A DNA stretch of 32,000 nt, from assembly GCA_030167145.1 (NCBI GenBank), contig CP126532.1, positions 1,110,001-1,142,000 of the forward strand, written 5' to 3'. Both the position numbers and the translations under genes were made by a program. The notes under the pieces are model-generated. The model saw nothing but the letters and a program-made list of their open reading frames with translations. It was not told the origin of the DNA and ran no database searches. This DNA is from Ktedonobacterales bacterium. Its GTDB lineage: Bacteria > Chloroflexota > Ktedonobacteria > Ktedonobacterales > JADMIN01. This document shows, piece after piece, positions 22,982-30,825 of the stretch (positions are counted from its first letter, which is position 1; each line of letters opens with the position of its first letter).

Positions 22982-25929
22982 CACACCTTCGCCAGCGCGG
23001 AAAGCGTCCGCTCGACCTGCTCAAGATAGAGACGCTCCCCAAGCGCGGTGAGCAGCGCCGCCGCCGCATCCAAATGCGTATGCGCGTTCTCGGGGATGCC
23101 TTGTTGGGCCGCGAGCATGCCGTATACATACAGCACGCGCGCTTCACCATACGGCCAGGGCATCGCGCGGCAGAGCAGCAGCGCCTCGTCCAGGCTGCGT
23201 GCCGCCTCTACCATCTGCCGCTCGCGCAACGCGATCAGCGCGGACACCCGTAACGCCTCGACCTGCGCGAGCTGGTTCTGCTCGGCCACGGCGCGCGTCA
23301 GGCTTTGTGTCGCCAGGACACGCGCCTGCATCACGTCGCCCAGTTCGAGCCGCACCCAGGCCAGCAACGCGACCGGATGCGCCGCGCTCTCGCCTGCCCG
23401 TGAGCTTTGCTTCGCGAAGAGCCGCGCCAGGCGCGCATCGGCAACTTCTGGATGTTCGGAGAGCAGATCACGCTCGACCAGTGAGGTCAGGGCATTCTGA
23501 AGCGCCTGGAGATCGCCGCTACGCTCGGCGACGGCAATCGCCTCGCCCAATGACTGCGTGGCCGCTTCCCATTTGCCCTCAAGCAGCGAGAGATGCCCAA
23601 GCCCCAGGAGCGGATATGAAGATGCCCAGGCCGTCTCGACCTGCCGCATCATCGCCAGCGACTGCTCGAAGTCCGCGCGTGCCTGCTTCCAGCGTCCGGT
23701 GTACATGCCAAGCACACCCTGATAGTAGGTCATGTGGGCGATTTGCACGGTATCATTAAGCTGCTGGGCGACGGCGAGACTGCGATCAATATAGGCGCGA
23801 CCGCGCTCGAATTCGCCTCTGCGGATGTAGGCGAGCGCCACATGATGTAAGGCGTGCAGGTGGCTGGAGAGATCCCCCAGTTCCTCAGCCTGGGGAATCA
23901 CCTCCTCCAGCGCGGGGATTGCCTCCGCCGTCCGGCCTAGGGTGAGTAGCGCTGTGCTACGCCACTGCTCGGCTTGAGTATGCAAACGCTCGTCGCCTAG
24001 CGCGTCTGCGACCGCCATCGCCCGTTCAGCGGCAGAGAGTTGCTCACGATACTGCCCACTCACATATGACAGGTCGGCGAGTGCAATGTAGAGGGCGGCC
24101 AAGCCAGGTGACGGCTCTGCCGCGTCCGCGCCGCGCAGGAGCGTCTGGATGCGCGCCACACCGTCACTGGCAGTGCCACGTCGCGCATGGATGCGTCCCT
24201 GCTGTGCGGTGGCTTGCCAGAGGCCTTCGCGGTTGCCGGTGCGGCGATAGACCTGCACCGCCGCGTCCAGTATTGTCATTGCCTCATCATAGCGGGCGGA
24301 GAGCCGCAGCACCGCGCCCAGCTTTTCTCGCGCACGCGCGGCATCGGTGGCGCGCCCCAGTTCATCGAGCCGAGTCACAAGCTGGCGATAATAGTCTTCT
24401 GCTACTTTGTTTGCGTACATTGCCTGCGCGCGATCACCAGCGCGTTCCAGGTAGATCACGGCTTTCTCGCGTTCTCCGCAGTGGGTAAAGTGATAGGCGA
24501 GTGTTTCGGCTGGCGTGGCTGGTTCATCGTGTTCGAGCGCTTCGGCAAGCTGGCGATGGAGTGCAGCGCGGGAGGCTGCGCCCAGATCATTCCAGACTAC
24601 ATCGCGCACCAAGTTATGCACGAACTGGTAGGCATCGTCACCGGTCTCCATAAGCAGTCGTGTCCGGCAAGCCACATCCAGCGCCAGCAACATATCCCGC
24701 TCGTCGCCATCCAGCCTCCGCGCAACCGTCAGCAGCGTGGTGCGTGTGAGTGGCTGGCCCGCGACCGCCGCCGCCGCCAGCAGATCTCGTGCGGACTCCG
24801 GAAGCGCCGCAATACGCTGGCGCACTGTCTCAGTCACATTCCACGGAACATCCTTACCTGTGGCCGCAGGCAGGGTGCCCTCGCGCAGTCCATCGGCGCA
24901 GCTTACCAGAAAGAACGGCACCCCACCCGCGCGGCTCGCCACCTCGGTGCGCAGCGTCGCAGGTGTGGCATCAGCGTCTGGCAGAAGCCGCGCGAGTAGC
25001 AATTCACTATCGGCTGGTGAGAGCGGGCCAAGCTGGCTCTGCGCCACCAGGCCAGCACGGACAAGATCTGCTAATGCTACGGCGAGCGGCGAGCGCGGCA
25101 CTAGCTCGGTGTCGCGGTATGCGCCAATGATGCGCAGTGGTGTCGCCGCAGGCGATTGCAGCAGCGCCAGGGCAAGTTCCAGCGCATCAGCGTCGGCCCA
25201 TTGCAGATCGTCGAGGAGCAGCAGTGTGCCAGCGGGGCCAGCGATGGCGGTGAGAAAGCGACTTACGGCGCTAAACATCAGCCGACGTTCTTGCTCCGGG
25301 GCTAGGCCCATTGGCGGAGGCAGGAGCAGTCCGTCACCGGTGAGTTCGGGCAGTAAACGCGCCAGCCACCCACATTGCCGCAGATCGCCGCGCAACCGCG
25401 CAGGCGGCTGACCGCTGATGTAGCGCTGCAGCGCTTCGAGCACGCAGGCGTATGGCTCCTGACCGCCGCGCTGGGCGTTGCCGCCGCGCAGTGTCTGCCA
25501 GCCACTAGCCGCGCCCCGCGCCGCCGCTTCGCGCAGCAGCCGCGATTTGCCGATCCCCGGCTCGCCAGCGAAGAGCAGCACTGGTGGTCCCTTGCCCGCA
25601 AGGTGACGGTCGAGCAGCGTCAGATCGGCGTCGCGCCCTACGAGTGGCGGCGGGACATCATCCGATGGCGCGTACGCTGTCAGCGGCGCGGTATCTCGGT
25701 GCCGTGCGGCTGCCGTAAAAAGCGCGCGATCTCGCTCGACGAGACCGAGCGCATCCGCCAGCAGCGCGACGGTATCTTTATGTGGCGCACGACTCACCCC
25801 GCGCTCCAGCGCACTGATCGCCTCCACGCTCAATTCGGCGCGCTCGGCTAGCTCCTCTTGCGTCAGGCCAGAGGCGCGCCGGAAGCGTTTTAGCAATGTG
25901 CCAAATGTGAGCGATTGCCCTTCAAGCAT
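22981..25929 (-). CDS. XRE-type HTH + AAA/STAND NTPase + TPR-repeat regulator
   Basis: N-terminal HTH (SGLTQEELAERAELSVEAISALERG). Walker A is LLFAGEPGIGKSRL; Walker B is LLLLDDLQWAD. A long C-terminal TPR-like helical repeat region follows (recurring A..Y...A....G). The start lies 6 nt after the upstream kinase stop. Confidence 0.85.
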   Translation of the reverse strand: MLEGQSLTFGTLLKRFRRASGLTQEELAERAELSVEAISALERGVSRAPHKDTVALLADALGLVERDRALFTAAARHRDTAPLTAYAPSDDVPPPLVGRDADLTLLDRHLAGKGPPVLLFAGEPGIGKSRLLREAAARGAASGWQTLRGGNAQRGGQEPYACVLEALQRYISGQPPARLRGDLRQCGWLARLLPELTGDGLLLPPPMGLAPEQERRLMFSAVSRFLTAIAGPAGTLLLLDDLQWADADALELALALLQSPAATPLRIIGAYRDTELVPRSPLAVALADLVRAGLVAQSQLGPLSPADSELLLARLLPDADATPATLRTEVASRAGGVPFFLVSCADGLREGTLPAATGKDVPWNVTETVRQRIAALPESARDLLAAAAVAGQPLTRTTLLTVARRLDGDERDMLLALDVACRTRLLMETGDDAYQFVHNLVRDVVWNDLGAASRAALHRQLAEALEHDEPATPAETLAYHFTHCGEREKAVIYLERAGDRAQAMYANKVAEDYYRQLVTRLDELGRATDAARAREKLGAVLRLSARYDEAMTILDAAVQVYRRTGNREGLWQATAQQGRIHARRGTASDGVARIQTLLRGADAAEPSPGLAALYIALADLSYVSGQYREQLSAAERAMAVADALGDERLHTQAEQWRSTALLTLGRTAEAIPALEEVIPQAEELGDLSSHLHALHHVALAYIRRGEFERGRAYIDRSLAVAQQLNDTVQIAHMTYYQGVLGMYTGRWKQARADFEQSLAMMRQVETAWASSYPLLGLGHLSLLEGKWEAATQSLGEAIAVAERSGDLQALQNALTSLVERDLLSEHPEVADARLARLFAKQSSRAGESAAHPVALLAWVRLELGDVMQARVLATQSLTRAVAEQNQLAQVEALRVSALIALRERQMVEAARSLDEALLLCRAMPWPYGEARVLYVYGMLAAQQGIPENAHTHLDAAAALLTALGERLYLEQVERTLSALAKV

Positions 25930-25935
25930 GGGTGA

Positions 25936-28900
25936 TTACCTTGGTGGAACGAGCGGCAGAATAATTAGCTTCTGGCTGTGCTCATATGCGGTCTCCACTC
26001 CTGCCTCGTTGGGAACGGGGTCTATCGTTTCGTCATTGTCAATGTTCTGCCCAGACAACGCGATTCCCGCTAAGCGGTTGATTTCGTCCGCAAGTTTTGG
26101 GTCAAAGTTGTTGTCAACCGCTATGGCAATTGCATCCTGCTGGACCGTGGTAAGCCACTTTCTGGCATCGTCGGTGGCAATGACCACATGGCCGGAATGC
26201 AGTTGAATCTGTTTGCTCGCGTCCGATGCTTTCGCCGCCTGCACGACATAGTTTGCGACATTCGTGAGATAGCCGGTTGGGCCTAGGAGGCCAACACCGT
26301 CATCCGTAGGGAAGATCTTTCGGTCGAGACATGCCAAACCAAGCTGACGATAGTCGGGGCCGCTCGTGCCTTCGAGAATATTCAGGATGTTCTGTGCGGC
26401 GCAATGCGGTGTAATCTGCAATGATGGCTGCATGAGGCTCGGTAGTTGTCCCGCCTGGCTGGCAAGTGCCTGTGCCTGCTGTAGCAGCCCTACCACATAC
26501 CCCTCCTGCTTCGGCGTTTGCGGCGCACTGACCAGCAGGTATTTGATCTGCGCGAGAGCTTTCGGAGGCAATGCGCCCCGCAAAACGACCTTCCCCGTCG
26601 GCGCGCTGACGCTTCCCTGCTCCTGGGTGATCTCGACTGCATCGCCCAATGACAGGAGATTCGTGCCCGGCTGGCCTGTTGAACCGTTTCCTGAGTAACT
26701 TAAACTCCAGCTTTTGTCCGCCTGTTGTGCCAGTATGCCCAAGGAGAGCGCTTTCTGCGTCTGACTGTCTATCAGCCATGCTAGATACTGAGATCCTTGC
26801 GGTGGAGCTGGAAGGCTGGGAATCTGTATTTTGAGGGCATCGGTATTTCCTTGGCCATATTGTCCATCCGCAAAGAATACTTGCGCAGTCTGCGCGGATG
26901 TTCCCCCTCCCGGCGGGGAAGTTTGGGTCGTTTTCCTGTTTTGCAGCAGGCTGAAGATGCCTAGCGTGCCACCGACAATGGCGACCAGCGCGACTAGGGC
27001 GATCAATTCCTTGGCAAAGCGGCGGTGCAGGAATCCTGGGCGATCTGCGCCGCGCTCCGGCGGGGCGGGCTTGACGGGGGGTGGCGGCGCGGGCGGGCTT
27101 GGCGCGAGTTGGCGCATCGGCTCTGGCGGCGTGGAGGCGGGTTGGGCGCGGCCACTGACGCCATCCGCACGACCGATGGGGGCAGTGGGCGGAGCTGGAG
27201 TGCTCGCCAGGGTGGGAGTTTGTGAGACGGCAGCGGATGTCATGGGCGCAATCGCTGCCTGGCCCGATGTAGCCCCCACTGTGGATGCGGTGAGCGATGC
27301 TCCCGCGCCGCCGCGCCCGATGACGCGCCGATAGGCCGATGCCAATTCGACAGGATGCTGAAAGCGATGTTCTGGTTCTTTGGAGAGCGCGCGTGTCAGC
27401 ACATTCTCCAGCCCAGGCGGCACGTCTTTGCGCCAGCGCCGAAGCGGTGGAATCGAAGAGTGCAGATGTTGCTGCGCAATGTCATCGGGAGTTGTGCCGG
27501 TGAATACCGGATGACCAGCGAGCAAGTGGTACAGCACCGCTCCCAGCGCGTATACGTCGGTGTATGCGCCGGTAGGATTGCCGAGCAGTTGTTCGGGGGA
27601 GCATGCCTCGCTTGTCACGTAGAGCGGCGACCCCTGTATCTGCCCATCCTGCTGTGGCGCCAACTCGCGCACGGCAAAATCGCCAACCACCACACTGCCG
27701 TCGGCCCGCGCAAAGATACAGTTCGCAGCCAAGCCAAGGTGGAGGATGCCTTGTTCGTGGGCGTGACTCAGCGCGGCGGCTGTCTGATCCACATAGGTCG
27801 CGATGGTTGTGAACTCCAGCAGATCGTTGTGCTCGACGAGGGCGCTTAGGGATGGTCCCGAAGGATCGGGCATCACCAGATAGGGCGTGCCGCGAAAGAT
27901 GCCGAAGTCTGTCACTGGCAAAATGTTGGGGTGATGCAGTGCGGTCAGATTCAGCGCCTGTTCCTCGAACCGCTCTGGATAGGCGGCACGCTCGGCGGGC
28001 GCGAGGTTTGCCAGTTGTGCGAAGGTGCGCAGACGATAGATGGCGCTCTCGTCATCGCGCGTGGTCATATACACATTGCCAGTCGTAGTGCTCGCGACAC
28101 GCCGCACTATGCGGTAGCCATCGAAGTCTACTCCCACCAGAGGATCTTGAGGATCACTTGGGCGATCATCGGCTACACCATCGCGAACGCTCGACGCTCG
28201 CCCGGTATAGGGGAGATCCGCTGCGTCGAGCGCCACCGCGCGCGCGCCGAATCCTGTGGCGAAGGGCCAGATGCCGCTGGGCGCGGCACCCGCATCTGGC
28301 GTGGTGATGGTCGCGAGACCGGCATGGAACGCCTCCGCCATTGCGCCCGCGCTGGAAAAGCGATCTCGCGGCTCCTTGGCGAGCGCGCGCATTATCACGT
28401 CCTCGATGGGCGCGGGCAGTTCGGCGCGCAGTAGTCGGGGCGCGGATGGCGTTTCCTGCAAATGCTGAAGCGCGACGGCAAGCGGGGTATCGCCGTGGAA
28501 TGGCACCTGGCCCGTCACCATTTGATACAGCACCACGCCCAGGGCGTAGATGTCGGTGGCGGGGGTGACTGGCTCACCCTTGACCTGCTCTGGCGCCATG
28601 TAATAGGGCGTGCCCAGCACCTGTCCGGTCCGCGTCAGCGTCGCGGGGCCTTCGCGCGTCAGCGCGTTGTCGCCACTATCGAAGATACGCGCGATACCGA
28701 AATCGGTGAGATAGACGTTGCGATGCTCATCCAGCAGGATGTTGGTGGGTTTCACATCCCGATGCACGACCCCCTGCTGATGCGCGGTATCCAACGCGCT
28801 CGCTATCTGTGTAAGATAGCCCGCGATCTCACTCAGCGGTAATGGCTCCAAGCGGTCGGCAAGCAGGCTACCCAGCGTACCGCCGACGATGACCGGCATA

Positions 28901-29190
28901 ATCATGTACGTCATTTCATCGTCGTCGCCGTAACTCAGCACAGGTACAATATGCTCGTTGCGGAGCTTGGAGGCCGCGTGCGCCTCGCGCAGAAATCGTC
29001 TGCGGAAGCTCGCGTGGTCGGCTACCAGCGTCGTCGTCTGATAGCTCAGAATCTTCACCGCCACCAGGCCGTGATGGTCGTCGAGTTGCTGGCCCAGATA
29101 GACAACACTGGTGCTGCCGGTGCCCAAGACACTCAGGAGCCGGTAATTTTCGATGATAGAGCCGAGTCGGCTGTCGCTGGTAATAGCCAT
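25936..29190 (-). CDS. Receptor tandem kinase: active Ser/Thr kinase + pseudokinase + Pro-rich linker + TM helix + RskA-like extracytoplasmic domain + unknown C-terminal domain
   Basis: Kinase 1 (aa ~15-285): VAVKIL, VVHRDVKPTNILL, LTDFGIA, YMAPE. Second kinase fold (aa ~356-622). TM helix: LIALVALVAIVGGTLGIFSLL. The ectodomain has YLAWLID and ITQEQGSVSAPTGKVVLRGAL, resembling the anti-sigma-K RskA C-terminal domain. Confidence 0.85.
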   Translation of the reverse strand: MAITSDSRLGSIIENYRLLSVLGTGSTSVVYLGQQLDDHHGLVAVKILSYQTTTLVADHASFRRRFLREAHAASKLRNEHIVPVLSYGDDDEMTYMIMPVIVGGTLGSLLADRLEPLPLSEIAGYLTQIASALDTAHQQGVVHRDVKPTNILLDEHRNVYLTDFGIARIFDSGDNALTREGPATLTRTGQVLGTPYYMAPEQVKGEPVTPATDIYALGVVLYQMVTGQVPFHGDTPLAVALQHLQETPSAPRLLRAELPAPIEDVIMRALAKEPRDRFSSAGAMAEAFHAGLATITTPDAGAAPSGIWPFATGFGARAVALDAADLPYTGRASSVRDGVADDRPSDPQDPLVGVDFDGYRIVRRVASTTTGNVYMTTRDDESAIYRLRTFAQLANLAPAERAAYPERFEEQALNLTALHHPNILPVTDFGIFRGTPYLVMPDPSGPSLSALVEHNDLLEFTTIATYVDQTAAALSHAHEQGILHLGLAANCIFARADGSVVVGDFAVRELAPQQDGQIQGSPLYVTSEACSPEQLLGNPTGAYTDVYALGAVLYHLLAGHPVFTGTTPDDIAQQHLHSSIPPLRRWRKDVPPGLENVLTRALSKEPEHRFQHPVELASAYRRVIGRGGAGASLTASTVGATSGQAAIAPMTSAAVSQTPTLASTPAPPTAPIGRADGVSGRAQPASTPPEPMRQLAPSPPAPPPPVKPAPPERGADRPGFLHRRFAKELIALVALVAIVGGTLGIFSLLQNRKTTQTSPPGGGTSAQTAQVFFADGQYGQGNTDALKIQIPSLPAPPQGSQYLAWLIDSQTQKALSLGILAQQADKSWSLSYSGNGSTGQPGTNLLSLGDAVEITQEQGSVSAPTGKVVLRGALPPKALAQIKYLLVSAPQTPKQEGYVVGLLQQAQALASQAGQLPSLMQPSLQITPHCAAQNILNILEGTSGPDYRQLGLACLDRKIFPTDDGVGLLGPTGYLTNVANYVVQAAKASDASKQIQLHSGHVVIATDDARKWLTTVQQDAIAIAVDNNFDPKLADEINRLAGIALSGQNIDNDETIDPVPNEAGVETAYEHSQKLIILPLVPPR
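27325..28125 (-). other. Pseudokinase domain (second kinase fold of the tandem kinase)
   Basis: The catalytic loop reads HLGLAANC instead of HRDxKxxN (Asp and Lys lost). DFA replaces DFG. IYRLRTF replaces the VAIK Lys strand. The fold markers HHPNILPV, GTPYLVM and DVYALGAVLY are retained. Confidence 0.7.
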
Positions 29191-29242
29191 GGTTAGCTCC
29201 AGTCCTGGCTCACGAAGAAGTCAGTGGAACTATTCCCAAGCT

Positions 29243-29289
29243 GGCGCACAACCTTGCGCCCTCTAGTAGCTCGGGTTGTAGCTCGCGTT
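29243..29289. promoter_or_regulatory. Inverted repeat plus tandem 12-mer in the putative promoter region of the kinase operon
   Basis: ggcgca (29243-29248) and tgcgcc (29255-29260) form an inverted repeat. gtagctcgggtt (29266-29277) is directly followed by gtagctcgcgtt (29278-29289), matching at 11 of 12 positions. These lie 55-100 nt upstream of ATG 29190. Confidence 0.35.
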
Positions 29290-29497
29290 GCCACGATGCG
29301 CTACTCTGCGTAAGCGCGAGACGCGCTCTTCATACACGCGCGAAAAATGCCGGGAAGGATCACGGTAGATGCGTGGAATAGCGGTTGGTGGCGGCCATAC
29401 ACATCCTCATGCATGTAAGAACGCGCACACGTTACTACGATGCCGAACATCAGCAAACCGAGGTGGAATACTGGGCGCAGCCCACCTGAGCCGCGGC

Positions 29498-29542
29498 CTG
29501 GACGGGAAACTTTCCAACATATCATTATGTCTTGTTTCCCGT
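29498..29542 (-). terminator. Terminator-like hairpin downstream of the patatin gene
   Basis: A perfect 11-bp stem: ggacgggaaac (29498-29508) and gtttcccgtcc (29532-29542). The loop contains a further acata/tatgt pairing. It lies about 50 nt after the stop at 29593. No U-tract. Confidence 0.45.
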
Positions 29543-29592
29543 CCATGTGCAACCTATCGTATTCAGACCTTGTGGCCATTCGCTGTATGTTT

Positions 29593-30669
29593 TCATGCAG
29601 GAACGGCCATAGTTGAGGTATGTATAGTCGCAGATTGCATGCCGCGCTCAGCGGGTAGGGCAGCGCGCAGATAGTCGCGCGTGGCGAAATAGGCGCGTTC
29701 GATCCACGTGGATGTGTCGCGGAAGCTGAGTGTGCCGCCACCATCGCCCGTGGCGAGACTGATGATATGCGTTTCGACATGCGCGGGCACACGCTCCAGC
29801 GCACGCTGAATCTGGTAATTGCCCATCACCTGCGATGCCCGCTGAATCGCTGCGGCGGTTGAGCGGGATGTGGGCCATCGCGCGGATGTGGAACGTGCGG
29901 CGGACACCCATGGCGCGCCGCCGTCGCCTTCGGTGTCGTAGCCAATGGCGAGAACGAAGATGCGCTGTGCGCCCAGTTCAACCGCTGTCTCGATGCTACA
30001 GCCGTCCACCGCCCCACCATCGGCGTAGTAGTTATTGCCGATACGCACCGGCGGAAAGATGCCCGGAATCGCCGATGACGCGAGCACGGCGGGCGCGACG
30101 GCCCCACTCTTGAAGACGGCTCGGCCACCATGGCTGAGATCGGTGGCGATGACGCGCAATGGCAGGGCTAGCTGCTCAAACGTGTCGTCGCCAAGGTACT
30201 GTGCCACGATCTGCCGCATCCCCACATCGCTATAGAGCGATGCGGAGCCATTCGCGATGCGCCGCAGCGCGCTGACGAGCAGCATGCAGCGCAGCATCAG
30301 CGACGAGATGCGTGAGGAGCCACGGCCCAGCAGCACCTGCGCTGGCCGCAATCCGCGCCACACCTCGGCGAGTTGTTCGACGCCCGCCAGCGTTGGCATG
30401 CGAGCGAGCCACGCAGCATTCCAGGCGCCTATCGAGGTACCTACCAGCATGTCGGGGTGTTCGCCATATTCGAGCAGCGCGCGCATCGCCCCAACGTGTA
30501 GTGCCCCGCGCGCCCCGCCGCCAGAGAGGACAAACGCTGTGGCTGGGCGCGTGCCGTGCCATGAGCCAGAGCGCAGACGTGCGCGCATCCGCAGGCTCTC
30601 GGATGGCAGCCATGAATCTTCCAAATCTGCCTGTTTCAGCGTTTCGGCGTTGCATTCGATTAACCGCAC
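29593..30669 (-). CDS. Patatin-like phospholipase
   Basis: GTG start after SD aaaggag. Motifs: LSGGGARGALHVG oxyanion motif, GTSIGA (GxSxG nucleophile), ADGGAVD (catalytic Asp, DGG). Confidence 0.9.
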   Translation of the reverse strand: MRLIECNAETLKQADLEDSWLPSESLRMRARLRSGSWHGTRPATAFVLSGGGARGALHVGAMRALLEYGEHPDMLVGTSIGAWNAAWLARMPTLAGVEQLAEVWRGLRPAQVLLGRGSSRISSLMLRCMLLVSALRRIANGSASLYSDVGMRQIVAQYLGDDTFEQLALPLRVIATDLSHGGRAVFKSGAVAPAVLASSAIPGIFPPVRIGNNYYADGGAVDGCSIETAVELGAQRIFVLAIGYDTEGDGGAPWVSAARSTSARWPTSRSTAAAIQRASQVMGNYQIQRALERVPAHVETHIISLATGDGGGTLSFRDTSTWIERAYFATRDYLRAALPAERGMQSATIHTSTMAVPA

Positions 30670-30825
30670 GGGGCGCTCCTTTATGGCACTGACGCGAGCA
30701 GCGATAAACCGCGCGCTGCTGGATATGTGTCAGTGTGCGCTGGCATCATGCCCGCGCGCCATGGAGAACCCGCAGAATCACCCGCAAAATCGCTCGTGTA
30801 ACGTTCCCTGCTCTGGATTGCAGCG

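Noticed and set aside
23048-25851. Plus-strand ORFs inside the STAND gene (23048..23500, 23199..23759, 24187..24999, 24737..25411, 25375..25851).
   Set aside because: They are antisense to a 982-aa gene with clear HTH, Walker and TPR motifs. They are Arg/Ala/Ser/Pro-rich shadow frames.
18240-30669. CBASS-like or other cyclic-nucleotide defence system (patatin effector plus a cNMP-binding domain in the same window).
   Set aside because: I found no CD-NTase, other nucleotide cyclase, or SAVED/STING-type sensor. The cNMP-like domain belongs to the ABC exporter, and the patatin gene is separated from the operon by a terminator-like hairpin.
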